Shown piece by piece: positions 30,026-41,236 of a stretch of 64,000 nt of DNA. Both the position numbers and the translations under genes were made by a program. Origin of the DNA: a virus (Duplodnaviria > Caudoviricetes); the IMG/VR virus record IMGVR_UViG_3300031555_004728, positions 128,001 through 192,000 of that record. One strand, written 5' to 3'. The number at the start of each line of letters is the position of its first letter. Within the stretch, counting starts at the first letter, position 1. Under the pieces are notes generated by a model. That model saw nothing but the letters and a program-made list of their open reading frames with translations, ran no database searches and was not told the origin of the DNA.

Positions 30026-31567
30026 TTATAGTGTTACAAAGCCAGAAAAGGCTTTTTCTATCTTATCTCCAATGTATGATTTAAAGTTATTATCAATATC
30101 TTTTACACCAGCTGTAAAGTTATTTAAATTCATAGCTAACTTCTTCTCTAGTTGTGGTGATATTAAATCCAAACCAGAAACTGTTGCAAGATAATCAATA
30201 AGTGATGTATTATTAGCAAATAACTCTTTATCTGTAGATGGTGACATCTGTAAATCAGAATATAAATCTTTTATTCTTATTTGAACATCAACTTCCATAG
30301 GGAGTCCATCTACTGACCATGCATCTTCTGATACAGGTTTTGTTATTTGTACAGATTCCACAATTCCAAGATTGCAGTTAAATACACCTGGAAAATATGC
30401 TTTGATTAAGAATGGAGAACCATAAGTATTTGATGTTGATTGTCTTGGTAATACCAATCCTAATATATGAAGCATTGGAGCAATAACATCCATAAAAACA
30501 GAATATTTATTTCCATATGGTGATTTTAAATGAATATCAACTGTATAGTCAATCCCATATTCAGAACTTTGATAAATATCTGGTAAAATAACATTTGCAC
30601 CATGAATTATCTGTGATCCTACACCTAAAATTCTGTTTACTGATGATGCTATTTTATCATCTGTATCTTCATTAATAAGAGCATCTAACATTCCAGTTGT
30701 TAACTGGTCTACATTTCCCATTGCATTTTGAAATGCTTCTCCACCAGCAGTATTTGTAAGCCATTGGAATTCTCTAACGGTTTGAGATAAACCATCCATT
30801 GTACCTTTTATACTAGACGGTCCAGTCGTATTTGACATTGATTGTGATGCACCTGATGTAGGGTCTACATAAAACTGAACAAAATTATTTGTTGCTGTTA
30901 TTCCTGCAGTACCACTATCATTTTTATCAAAATCAAAATTTACTAATGAACCAGATCTCAACCCATTTACTACATTAGGTATATATTGGGTTATTGTGCC
31001 AATAGTTGAATTCCAAGCATATTTAGCAACTGCACCTGCAGCACTTTTATATGTCTCTCTATTCCATCTATAATTTTTCCAATCATATGTTTGAAATGTT
31101 TCTTTTTTACCACCAACATCAATGTATTCATGTATTTCAAGAAATGTTGCTACAGTTCTACACATGATGTTTACACATTTCATATATTCAACATAATCTT
31201 CTTCAAAATCATAAAATCTTAATTTATCAAATTTACTAGCTACGTTATTTGTAGCATTATTGTCAGTAGCATTTGCTATAAAACTTATATTACCATTAGC
31301 ATTTTCTAATAACATATGTGCTGTACTATTTTTATTAGTAGCATTTGGTAAAAACTTAGCCTTACCAGGTATAAAAATAACTGTTGGGGCATCAGTTATA
31401 ATTCTTTTTACAAAGTTAGTACCTATAACACTAGAAACTGTCGGTATTCTAGGGTCTACGGTTTCTATAAATTGATAAGGAAGTCCAAATAATCTCATAC
31501 TATTTGAACACGAACTTTTTGAATTGTCGCTAGCCATAATTACCTCCTTAAACAATAAAAAGTTCAT
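30026..31567 (-). CDS. Tail/baseplate-associated structural protein
   Basis: Follows the tape measure gene; C-terminal PFLIKAY...GIVESVQI...GLPMEVDVQIRI is tube/hub-like; the real start is probably MASDN. Confidence 0.5.
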   Translation of the reverse strand: MNFLLFKEVIMASDNSKSSCSNSMRLFGLPYQFIETVDPRIPTVSSVIGTNFVKRIITDAPTVIFIPGKAKFLPNATNKNSTAHMLLENANGNISFIANATDNNATNNVASKFDKLRFYDFEEDYVEYMKCVNIMCRTVATFLEIHEYIDVGGKKETFQTYDWKNYRWNRETYKSAAGAVAKYAWNSTIGTITQYIPNVVNGLRSGSLVNFDFDKNDSGTAGITATNNFVQFYVDPTSGASQSMSNTTGPSSIKGTMDGLSQTVREFQWLTNTAGGEAFQNAMGNVDQLTTGMLDALINEDTDDKIASSVNRILGVGSQIIHGANVILPDIYQSSEYGIDYTVDIHLKSPYGNKYSVFMDVIAPMLHILGLVLPRQSTSNTYGSPFLIKAYFPGVFNCNLGIVESVQITKPVSEDAWSVDGLPMEVDVQIRIKDLYSDLQMSPSTDKELFANNTSLIDYLATVSGLDLISPQLEKKLAMNLNNFTAGVKDIDNNFKSYIGDKIEKAFSGFVTL

Positions 31568-31607
31568 AAGATAGTAAAAACTATCTTATGAACTTGTTTT
31601 CGTAAAT

Positions 31608-34600
31608 TTATAAACCACCACGTGCAATTTGTTCTGCTATGGCGTATTTTTTAGATTTACTTTGTGTATTTTGTGTAGTCTCTGGGGTAGTTGTGTTTCC
31701 ACCGTTTTGAACTACATTTGTAGTTTTATTCACGAAATTTCCCCCATTTTGACTTAGGTTTTTAAGTGCATTTAATGCATTTAACTTATCTGATGACTCT
31801 CCTAGTACAGCAAGAATTTGTGATAAATAATGAATTACTTCATTTAATTCATGAGTACTACGAACTTCATATTTAGATGAAATTAATTTATGTTCAGGTC
31901 TATTTATACCATTCGGTTTAAAGGTTTGTATAGAACTTTGTGTAGGTCCATAACCACCTTTTCCACCAGCCCCACTAAAATAACTTCCTTGGTTAGTTAT
32001 ACTTGTAACACTATTTCTATTTTTACCAGGATTTGTAGTACTGATAATATTATAACCAGCTTTAGTCCCCTTAACTGACCTATACCATTTATCTTTATCA
32101 ACTACAAATTCAACTACAGTTTTTCCATTGTCATGACCCCATTTGTTACAACCAGGATCACCTTGGCTTTTTATATCAGCAATAATACCTTTAAGTACAC
32201 TACCATCGGATCTATTAATGTCGATATAGTCACCTACTTGACCAAATGTATTTGTCGTAGCTACTGTATAGCGTCCATTAATTTTACCATAACCATTAGA
32301 ATCGAAATTTTGACCAGCTGCTTCACGAAGTTTATATTGTTTTGATGTTTTAGATGTAATCATCTGCCATCCCATAAATGTATTACTTGTACCTAAATTA
32401 GAAGGTAGTGTAACAGTTTCACCTTTTCTAGCAGTAGCATTTCCACTAGCAGCTGCATCTGAATTATCAGTAGTTCCAGAATCACCTGTTGTACCAGATG
32501 TATTATCAGAAAATACTCCAGACCAATCATTATTCCAGTTACCAGTTGTTATACCAGTAATTGATCTATTTACCAATTCAGTAAGACCAGTTCCTATTTT
32601 AGTTAAGAAATTACCACCAGAATTATTTGATGCTGTTGCAGAGCCATCATATGTTTCAGTGACAGAACCATCAGCAGGTACACTTACAATATTTGCTCCA
32701 GGAGAACCAGGAGACCAAACTGTAGTGTATGATTTATAGGATGAACCTGTAGGTACTGATGAATTACAACTACTGTCACTACCACAATTGTAAACATAGT
32801 GTTTTGAACCATCATTATATGCAAATATTTCAACGTGTCCAGATTTAGAAATAATATCACCAGGGTTCAAATCATTCCATGATGTAAATGCTCTAGATGT
32901 GAATCCAGTAGATTTCATTGTAGAGTTATTTGAATCTGTTGTTAATGAGCTAGTAATATTTGTTTTATCACCTAAAACACCGTAGAATTTTAAACATGCA
33001 GCAACATAGCCGCTACAGTCAGTTCTAACACTAATCGTTTTTCCATCTAATGTTACATTTGTCCAATTAGATTGTGAATATCCTAATTTTTTAGCAGCTA
33101 ATGAACGTTTAACAGCCTGACAAATACCAACCCATTTCTGTCTATTTGTATATCCAGAATCAGTTGTCATTCCTGTTAATGTATTACCTGAACTATCTTT
33201 AACTATAACTCCTTGATTTTGTGGAGTGTTTGCTAAAATAGATGGTACAGTACTAGTTGTTGTAGGTAATTTTGGTGTAAATACATTATTCATCAACATT
33301 AAACCTGCTGATGGACCTCTACCACCAAATCCCCAAGCTGCTCCAGTTTCATTAACTATAGCATTTTTATTATAAACTCTACCCATTCCATCCATTGAGT
33401 TAGGGTCATTAATAATGTAATTTCCACTAGAATCTTTTCCAGTAGCAACCACATAATGACCTTGAGATGTATATGGTGTAGCATTGGTATTTCCGCTAGA
33501 TCTACCAGATAGAACAACTGGTTTTCCAGCATTTAATTGTGAATCGATAAATCCTGAAGATGGGTTTCTCTCCATCGTAGAATTTATACCATATTCATTT
33601 GCAGCTTTTCCAATACCATACCAATTAGTACCAGTTTCATCTCTAGCACCAATTCTTTGCATAGTTTTTGCTGCATCCATAGGGTCAATATTTAAGCCAG
33701 AACCAGACGCTGCCATTGCAAATGCTGCAGGTCCACATCCAGCATCAGCCATAGTCTCAGGACCACGACCACCCTGTTCATATTCCATTCCTGCCCATCT
33801 AGGATCTTTTTGTGAATAGAATGGTATTCCGAAGCCACCTTTTCCACCTGTTGTAGATTTCTTAGATGCTTCTTTTGATACTTTGGCATCAGATTTAGAT
33901 TCAGAATCTCCACCTTTACCCCAAAGTTTTTTCCAACCAGATTTAATACTAGCACCAAACTTAGCAAGTCCAGTTTTATTTTGATCATCATTATATTCTG
34001 CAAATCCTTGAGCGTCTGTATCAATTTCACCCTTAGCAACTTTTTTCTTATACTCTTCAAAAGTAAGCTTTGAATTTGGATGTTCTTCTTTATAAGTATT
34101 ATATTCTTTCTTAAGAACACTTTCCTTATATTCTTCCCAATCATCCTTAAGTTTCTTCTGTGAACCAGTTAACTTATCATCATCTTCCTTTTTAGAGATT
34201 GCTTTATAAAGCAAAGTTGCAGTTGCAGATAAAAAGTCACCACCAGTGATAGCACAATAAATTTCATTGATAACATCAATAATTGTACCTACTGTAGTTT
34301 CAGCAAAACCACCAAATGCTGCTGATATGATTTGCATCTTACCATCAACCACATCTTGTTGACAACGGAATAATCTAGCTGTACCACCTTTACCAGCATT
34401 ATTTAAAGCACCTACTGCTAAGAATAAACCATCTTTAGCAAGTACACCTAATGCTCCAATGCCAGTAGCAGCAACACCAGTTGTTACTCCTAAGAATGTA
34501 CCAAGTTTTGCTAATTTTTTCATAATCCAAGATTTAAGTTTTCCAAGCATTCCTTTCGAAATAGCTTCAATAACTTCATCTACATATTTAAGTGCTTTAG

Positions 34601-37600
34601 ATAAGATGGTTCCTACTTTACCACCTTTCATTTTACTAACGATAATTTCTCCAGCTTTTTGTAAGCCTTCTTTAATCATCTTACTAGCAGTTTGAAGTAT
34701 TGTAGTTTTTGCTGTCTTTTCAGCTGCAGCTTCAACTCCTTCTTCAGCAGCTTCTTTAACTACTGCTTTACTAGCTGATTTAGCAACCTTTTCAACTCCT
34801 TCTTCAGTAGCTTCTTTTCCTGCTTTAGCACCAAAATTCTTTAATTTTTTAAACATACCCGTTATACCTTTACGGTCAGGGTTTGTGGTATCTAATGCCT
34901 TATTAACGGCTTCAAGAGCACCGTCTACACCACCTTTGTTTTTCACATTAGCGGCAAGATCTTTAATCATTGTAAGTTGTGCAGATGCGTCAGTTTTCTT
35001 AAACATATTAACTGCACCATCTTTTAACATTCCTAATTTACCAGCACCATCAGCTTTAAAGAATTTACCAACAGTTTTTCCAGCATTAACGACAGATCTA
35101 CCTGCTCCAGCTATATTACTACCGATATTCTTTACAGTTTTGATTGGGTGTCTAATTAGTTGTCCAGCACCTTTTTTGAGAGTCCTTATTGGATGTAATA
35201 ACGCATTTGCTGTTTTTACATTTCCAGAATCTCCATTTAATATAAATTTACCAGCTTGTCGACCAGCTTTAGTGATTACTGATGATTGAGAATCCCATTC
35301 ACCATCTTCACCCAACAAGAATTTCTTAGGGTCTTTAAATATAGAAGACCAACGAGATGTTTGGTTTTCCATGTTTGTAGCAAAGTCTGCTCCACCTTCA
35401 TATCCATCATTTGTATAAACTTTAGATACTGTATCTATTTCATTCGCAGCAACTTCACCAGCATTTTTACCTAAATCACCTAATCCACTTAATAACTTAC
35501 TTAATAATTCTTGTACTTTCTCATTTGAAAGTAATTTAACTAATCCAGCTATAGCACCACCAGTAAGAAGAACTTTTCCTAATCCACCAAGTGAATCACC
35601 AAGTTTCTCTAAGAAACTCTTTTCTTTTTCTCCATCACCACCATTGCCACTAGTAATCTCATCATTATCAGATTTGATCATATCATAAGATACTAATGTA
35701 TTAGGTTTTTCAAGTGCTTTTTCAATAGTTGTTTTATTATCAGTAGAACCATCAAGTTTTGCAGATGTTCCATAAGTAACAATTGGACCATTTTGACCAA
35801 TTAAGTTAACATCTTGAACACCTTTATTTCTTGCCAATATTTCAGCAGCCTGTGATTCAACATCAACAACTTTAACTTTGATAATATCGTTATTCGATAA
35901 TACATGTTCACCACCAGAGAATCTTACAATTTCTGGTCCGTTTTCACCAACAACTGCAGCACCTTCTTTTGCATTTCCAGTACCAGTTGCATTATGTGGT
36001 ACGTTTGTACGGAGTATATCGTGAACTTTTGTTTTTTGTTTTTTACGATATTGGGATTTTGCTCTACCATGTTCTATTTTGGCAGCTTTATCATTTTCTT
36101 TATTTTTAGCAACCCAATCCTTATATACTTGATAAGCATCAAGACGTTCTCTAGCAGATTTACTAGGATTTCGTATGATTAATGCTTGGTTATACATAGG
36201 ATGATTTTGGTCATCTAAAATTTTACTTATTTCTTTTTTATCTTTCTTATTATCGTAACTGAACTGTGTGGTATAATCAGGATCATCAACAAATGGCATT
36301 ACAGCATCATTAAATGAATCAGTAAATGATTTACCAGCATTTGCTTGGGTTCCTCTCATTTCCAATTCTTTTTTAATTTTATTTTGTCGATTTTCACTTA
36401 ATTTATTAATACCTTTTTTAGTATAATCAATTGGAGCACCTAATACACCTTTTGCAACTTCTTGGAATGTGATACCTATCTTTTCAAGCCAAGATAACTG
36501 TTCATTCATAACTCCAAGTTGTTCAGTTTCAATTTTAACCTCTTCTGATTCACCTTCACCAGGTTTCTTAATACTTTCTACAGATAATAATCTTTGAACC
36601 TCCTCATCAGAAAGTCCCATCATACCTTTAGAATTTTTATATCCTCTGGTTTTCTTATAGCCTTCCATTGCAGCTTTAAGTGATTCTTCAGAAGCGGTAG
36701 AATATTTACCACCTGTAAGACTAGCAATTAATGCTTCTCTATTAATGGTATCACGACGTTCTTTACGTCTTTCAACACGACTCTTTTGTCTATCAAGTTT
36801 ATCTTGATGTCGTTCTAATCTAGTGTCACCACCATTATAGAACATAGTTTCAGCCATGTATTTTTCATAATCTTCAAATGATTTAAATTTTTTAGCTTCT
36901 TCTGGAGAAAGATTATTATAATCATCTTGAAGTTTAGCGTATTTATCTTTAAATTCATTTGTAGTACGGTATTTTTCACTAAACCATTTCTTTGAAGATG
37001 CTTTTCTATTTGAAGCTCTTAAAGCATTTAATGGTCCACGACTTACTTTAGGTTCTTTTTCATCACCCTTATCTTTTCTATTGAATACTTTCCCAATAAA
37101 ACCTTTAGCAGCACCAAAAGCTAACTTCATAGCACCACTTACAGCATTTTTAACTTTATCAAAAGTACCAGAAACTTTCTCTTCTACTTTTTCATAAAGT
37201 CTTCGTGTATATCCTGCAAGAGGTTCTGCTAAACTAACTAATGGGTCTAAAACCTTATCTATTATTGCATCTTTAGCTTTATCTAAAGTATTTGCAGCAA
37301 TTCCTGCTAATGGAGCAACAACAGTTTTAGATATTTGGGCACCAAGTTTACCTAATAAGCCTTTGTGTTCACCATCATCTTCCTCTTTACCAAAAAGAAG
37401 ATCATGGAATTTATTTTTAGATGCAATCATTGAGCCTGCTAATCCTAAAGCAGCACCACCAATAGGTCCGAGTGGAGTAAACATACTTAAAAGTAAACCT
37501 GCTCCAGTACCAATAGTGGCTCTTCCTGCTAATGCCTTAGCACGTTGTGTTGTATTGTCATCTTTTCCTTTTACATCAGAGAATGCTTTATTAAACGCAC

Positions 37601-40583
37601 CTAAAATACCACCGATACGTTTTTTCCTTCCACCTTCTCCTTCAACTTCTTTACCAAAAATAAATTCTTGGAAAGTTTTTGATTTTGTAGCCATTCCTAC
37701 TGCCGAACCAATTAATGCTCCAGCAATTGGACCACCAACCAAAGTTCCTAAGAAACCACCACCGGTTACTGCACCACCGATAGTTCCAATAGCAGCTGAA
37801 CCTACAATATGTTTCTTATTTTCTCTCATGAAGGTTTGTGTTTCTTTAGAAATTAAACCTCCACCTTTAAATTCAAATTCTCCAGTTTCTTCATTATATT
37901 CTTTACCAAAAATTAATTTTTGGAAAGCTTTTGATTTAGAAGCTATTGAACCTGCAGTTCCAATTAATGCTCCTGTAATAGGACCACCTATTAAACTACC
38001 AAGAATGCCACCAGATGCTATTCCTAAACCAACACCTGCTACAGCACCTTTAATTCCAGCATCAGCATTCTTTTGAACTTTTGTCTGTATTTCTTTTTTA
38101 ACATCATCTAAAGATTTTTCTTCACCAAATAGAGTCTTACTCCAATCAGATAATCCATTTTTAAGAAATCCTACTACAGAGTCTTTTCTACCAGTGCGTT
38201 TTCCTTCTTCATTTTTTTCTCCAAAAATGAATGATGTTACATCTTCTTTAACACCAGAAAATACTTCTGATATCTTTGATTTAAGACTAACTGCTTTTCC
38301 ATCTTTATCTGTACCAAATACAAATTTCTTTGCAGGTTCAAATATAGAATTATTTACAGTCTGTCCCATTGCTTTCACACCATCACCAAACATGGCACCA
38401 AATTCACCATATACTTTAGAAGGTTGACCCTTGATTATATAGTGCATTATTCTACCAAGTCTATCTTGTGTATTGGCAATAAATTGACCTTTTTGTTTTT
38501 TACCACCAATTGTAGTAGCATTATTACCTTGAGTTTGAGCTTCATCAATTAATTTCTGTAACTCTTCTGGTGATAAATCACTAGTATCTATTTCAGCATC
38601 AGATGCTACTTTAGCAGCACTGGTTTGCTGTTTAGATTCATTTCCACCTTCAGAAGAAGATGATGTTTTAGATCCGGATGTACTTCCATAAGGAGTATAT
38701 CCAGTAACTCTTACATTAATACCTCTATCAAGAAGAGTTTCAATACTGTCAATTTTTCCTAATAATGAATCAGGAGTAAATCTAGTTACCCTTGTACTTC
38801 TACCATCATAACCATACAATACATCAGCCATAGCTTCATCAATTGTTTGATTATGAGATGTGAGTATAGAAGCTATATCACTTGTATTTGACTCTTCAAG
38901 TTCAAGTATTCTGTCATTACGACTTTTCTTAGCATTTAGTCTAGCGCTATTAATATTAATACCACCGCGACCATGTTCGAAACTTGAATATACGGAAGCT
39001 TCTAAAATTCTTTTAAGACCAGCATCACCACTTAATGACCCTACAATTCTTGCGATATCACTATCAGCTCCACGCTTAGTGATATCAATTCTTTGAGCAT
39101 CATCTTTTTCTAATGCTAAATAAAATTTATTTAATAACTCATTAAAAGAATCTTTTTGTTTTTCAGAGATAATACTACTATCAGCAACTTGTCTTAATGA
39201 TTTACCAAAATCACTATTTTCCATTGAATATATAACAGATTCATTTATAGAACCCATTAGACCTTTTGTAAAGTCATCGTATCTCTGATATGTTCCAGTT
39301 TCCTTATTAAATATTTTAGAACCTCTTACTGCTTCATCAGGGTCTCCACCATTTAATCTAACTAAAGCACGTAAATAAGAGTTACTTTCTCTAAGATATT
39401 TAGGAATTTCTGCTGAAATAGCATGATGAACAACTCCATCAAAAACAGCAGCGTCATTTGTAACTTTACCTGCAGTATTAAACTTTTCTTTTCTTCCCAC
39501 ATTAATATCTAATGCTTCACCTAAAAATCGTTTAAATCCAGCAAAATTACCTTCTGACATTTTCAATGTCTCTGATGTTTTCATCAGCATTTCTGTAACA
39601 AAGTTACCAAATGTCTTATCAAGATTTTCAGTTGATTTCTTAACAGCCTTTGGTATTACACTATTCATCAAAGATGTTGTAATAATCTTTAATGGATTAG
39701 TAACGATTTGATCACCAAATGCAGATAGCATACTGGTAATTTGACCAGGCATTGTATTTTGATAAGCATTTGAAAAGTTTTGCTTTAATAATTTAGGTAA
39801 ATTTCCTAAATTAAGTTGACCTCTTCTATCAATAAGGTCTGCACCAGAAAGTCCAGCTTCAGGACGTTGTTTATCTCTAGGTGCATATACTTTTCCCATC
39901 ATTTCATAGAATGCCATACTAGAGCTAATAAACGATGACATATTATCATTATTATATTTAACTATAGCTTGCAAACTATTATTGATATTATTTAATGCAT
40001 TTAACGAAGCATCTGCATTCTTTTGATGCATAGCAAGCATTGCTGAAGAAGTTGCCACCATAGTATCAACTTGTGCTTTAGCTGATAATGCTTGTAATTT
40101 CGTTTGCTTAGTTATCGATTGATTGATCGAATTTAAACCTTCAGGATTAAAGTTTACGACAGCTTTAACTGACGATACTTCCGCTTCACTGGCATCATTT
40201 ATTTCACCAAAATTAACACTAGTAGTGGAGTCATCATCCCCTCCACCAAATCCACCTCTAGATGTATTATTGAAATTACCAGTTTTTAAATCTTTCATAA
40301 GATTATCTATTGCAGTCTTACCTGATTTAATAAACTGATTATTTTGTAAAACACTTGCCACATTTTTTTGGCTAACTCTAGAATTTGTTACGGCACGTTT
40401 AACTTGGGATGTAGAACTCACAGCACTGTAAATATTAGGACTAATATCTTGCAGTACGTCTACTGCGTTAGCTCCTAATGAACGTGTTGCATTTTTAAGC
40501 CATTGCGCATTTAGCTTAAATCCGTTCTTCTCTTTTAAGGTACTAGAAACTTTTATTTCTTTACCTGCCATATTTTTAATCAC
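31608..40583 (-). CDS. Tape measure protein with C-terminal C39-like peptidase and NlpC/P60-CHAP-like domains
   Basis: 2991 aa; Gly/Ala-rich hydrophobic repeats; YSQKDPRW..GCGPAAFAM..GHYVV; DCSGYV..GHVEI. Confidence 0.85.
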   Translation of the reverse strand: MIKNMAGKEIKVSSTLKEKNGFKLNAQWLKNATRSLGANAVDVLQDISPNIYSAVSSTSQVKRAVTNSRVSQKNVASVLQNNQFIKSGKTAIDNLMKDLKTGNFNNTSRGGFGGGDDDSTTSVNFGEINDASEAEVSSVKAVVNFNPEGLNSINQSITKQTKLQALSAKAQVDTMVATSSAMLAMHQKNADASLNALNNINNSLQAIVKYNNDNMSSFISSSMAFYEMMGKVYAPRDKQRPEAGLSGADLIDRRGQLNLGNLPKLLKQNFSNAYQNTMPGQITSMLSAFGDQIVTNPLKIITTSLMNSVIPKAVKKSTENLDKTFGNFVTEMLMKTSETLKMSEGNFAGFKRFLGEALDINVGRKEKFNTAGKVTNDAAVFDGVVHHAISAEIPKYLRESNSYLRALVRLNGGDPDEAVRGSKIFNKETGTYQRYDDFTKGLMGSINESVIYSMENSDFGKSLRQVADSSIISEKQKDSFNELLNKFYLALEKDDAQRIDITKRGADSDIARIVGSLSGDAGLKRILEASVYSSFEHGRGGININSARLNAKKSRNDRILELEESNTSDIASILTSHNQTIDEAMADVLYGYDGRSTRVTRFTPDSLLGKIDSIETLLDRGINVRVTGYTPYGSTSGSKTSSSSEGGNESKQQTSAAKVASDAEIDTSDLSPEELQKLIDEAQTQGNNATTIGGKKQKGQFIANTQDRLGRIMHYIIKGQPSKVYGEFGAMFGDGVKAMGQTVNNSIFEPAKKFVFGTDKDGKAVSLKSKISEVFSGVKEDVTSFIFGEKNEEGKRTGRKDSVVGFLKNGLSDWSKTLFGEEKSLDDVKKEIQTKVQKNADAGIKGAVAGVGLGIASGGILGSLIGGPITGALIGTAGSIASKSKAFQKLIFGKEYNEETGEFEFKGGGLISKETQTFMRENKKHIVGSAAIGTIGGAVTGGGFLGTLVGGPIAGALIGSAVGMATKSKTFQEFIFGKEVEGEGGRKKRIGGILGAFNKAFSDVKGKDDNTTQRAKALAGRATIGTGAGLLLSMFTPLGPIGGAALGLAGSMIASKNKFHDLLFGKEEDDGEHKGLLGKLGAQISKTVVAPLAGIAANTLDKAKDAIIDKVLDPLVSLAEPLAGYTRRLYEKVEEKVSGTFDKVKNAVSGAMKLAFGAAKGFIGKVFNRKDKGDEKEPKVSRGPLNALRASNRKASSKKWFSEKYRTTNEFKDKYAKLQDDYNNLSPEEAKKFKSFEDYEKYMAETMFYNGGDTRLERHQDKLDRQKSRVERRKERRDTINREALIASLTGGKYSTASEESLKAAMEGYKKTRGYKNSKGMMGLSDEEVQRLLSVESIKKPGEGESEEVKIETEQLGVMNEQLSWLEKIGITFQEVAKGVLGAPIDYTKKGINKLSENRQNKIKKELEMRGTQANAGKSFTDSFNDAVMPFVDDPDYTTQFSYDNKKDKKEISKILDDQNHPMYNQALIIRNPSKSARERLDAYQVYKDWVAKNKENDKAAKIEHGRAKSQYRKKQKTKVHDILRTNVPHNATGTGNAKEGAAVVGENGPEIVRFSGGEHVLSNNDIIKVKVVDVESQAAEILARNKGVQDVNLIGQNGPIVTYGTSAKLDGSTDNKTTIEKALEKPNTLVSYDMIKSDNDEITSGNGGDGEKEKSFLEKLGDSLGGLGKVLLTGGAIAGLVKLLSNEKVQELLSKLLSGLGDLGKNAGEVAANEIDTVSKVYTNDGYEGGADFATNMENQTSRWSSIFKDPKKFLLGEDGEWDSQSSVITKAGRQAGKFILNGDSGNVKTANALLHPIRTLKKGAGQLIRHPIKTVKNIGSNIAGAGRSVVNAGKTVGKFFKADGAGKLGMLKDGAVNMFKKTDASAQLTMIKDLAANVKNKGGVDGALEAVNKALDTTNPDRKGITGMFKKLKNFGAKAGKEATEEGVEKVAKSASKAVVKEAAEEGVEAAAEKTAKTTILQTASKMIKEGLQKAGEIIVSKMKGGKVGTILSKALKYVDEVIEAISKGMLGKLKSWIMKKLAKLGTFLGVTTGVAATGIGALGVLAKDGLFLAVGALNNAGKGGTARLFRCQQDVVDGKMQIISAAFGGFAETTVGTIIDVINEIYCAITGGDFLSATATLLYKAISKKEDDDKLTGSQKKLKDDWEEYKESVLKKEYNTYKEEHPNSKLTFEEYKKKVAKGEIDTDAQGFAEYNDDQNKTGLAKFGASIKSGWKKLWGKGGDSESKSDAKVSKEASKKSTTGGKGGFGIPFYSQKDPRWAGMEYEQGGRGPETMADAGCGPAAFAMAASGSGLNIDPMDAAKTMQRIGARDETGTNWYGIGKAANEYGINSTMERNPSSGFIDSQLNAGKPVVLSGRSSGNTNATPYTSQGHYVVATGKDSSGNYIINDPNSMDGMGRVYNKNAIVNETGAAWGFGGRGPSAGLMLMNNVFTPKLPTTTSTVPSILANTPQNQGVIVKDSSGNTLTGMTTDSGYTNRQKWVGICQAVKRSLAAKKLGYSQSNWTNVTLDGKTISVRTDCSGYVAACLKFYGVLGDKTNITSSLTTDSNNSTMKSTGFTSRAFTSWNDLNPGDIISKSGHVEIFAYNDGSKHYVYNCGSDSSCNSSVPTGSSYKSYTTVWSPGSPGANIVSVPADGSVTETYDGSATASNNSGGNFLTKIGTGLTELVNRSITGITTGNWNNDWSGVFSDNTSGTTGDSGTTDNSDAAASGNATARKGETVTLPSNLGTSNTFMGWQMITSKTSKQYKLREAAGQNFDSNGYGKINGRYTVATTNTFGQVGDYIDINRSDGSVLKGIIADIKSQGDPGCNKWGHDNGKTVVEFVVDKDKWYRSVKGTKAGYNIISTTNPGKNRNSVTSITNQGSYFSGAGGKGGYGPTQSSIQTFKPNGINRPEHKLISSKYEVRSTHELNEVIHYLSQILAVLGESSDKLNALNALKNLSQNGGNFVNKTTNVVQNGGNTTTPETTQNTQSKSKKYAIAEQIARGGL

Positions 40584-40690
40584 TTCCCTTCCGTGAAGTT
40601 CATTAACAAATTGTTTTTAGCCTCGAAAATTAGCGGAAAAAAGAAAAAAAGAAGATGAATCATATGATTCATCTTCTTTCATAATCAAAG

Positions 40691-41227
40691 TTATTTTTCA
40701 CCAGTAGAACCGAACCCGCCTCTTGAAGGGTCTGTCATACTTTCAACTTCTTTGAAATTGATTTTATTTTGCTTTTTAACAATTCTAAATTGAGCAATTC
40801 TAGCTCCTTTAGGAATAGCTGACTCATCTGTAGCAATAGCTCTGAGTTTCCATTCATCTTCTTCTCCACAAAAACTATTATCAATAATACCTTGTGAATT
40901 TTCCATCATAATATTATACTTTCTACAGGTACTACTTCTTGGTAAGAGATGTGCTTCATATCCTTTTGGAAGTTTCATAATAACTCCAAGTGGAATATCT
41001 CCTCTTTGACCTTTGTGTAGTCGTATATCTTTTGATGTTTTAAGATCGATCCAATCACCTTGTTCAATCTCTTCAATTTTCACATCGGGGTCAAGATATT
41101 TAATTTTGATAGTTTTTCTTTTTGAATCTTTAATTTTAAGAACTGTTAAAACTGTAGCAATAGTTGTTCCTACTGTGATAACGTAACTTATAACAACTGA
41201 GCAAAACTTTTTCATATTTTTTACCAT
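40691..41227 (-). CDS. dut: Trimeric dUTPase with an N-terminal hydrophobic segment
   Basis: WIDL, PRSS, GIIDNSF, RIAQ, RGGFGSTG. Confidence 0.92.
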   Translation of the reverse strand: MVKNMKKFCSVVISYVITVGTTIATVLTVLKIKDSKRKTIKIKYLDPDVKIEEIEQGDWIDLKTSKDIRLHKGQRGDIPLGVIMKLPKGYEAHLLPRSSTCRKYNIMMENSQGIIDNSFCGEEDEWKLRAIATDESAIPKGARIAQFRIVKKQNKINFKEVESMTDPSRGGFGSTGEK

Positions 41228-41236
41228 CCTTTACTT

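Noticed and set aside
31890-40338. Plus-strand and alternate-frame ORFs inside the tape measure gene, and similar shadows in other long genes
   Set aside because: Shadow ORFs caused by codon bias, with no SD or recognisable motifs.
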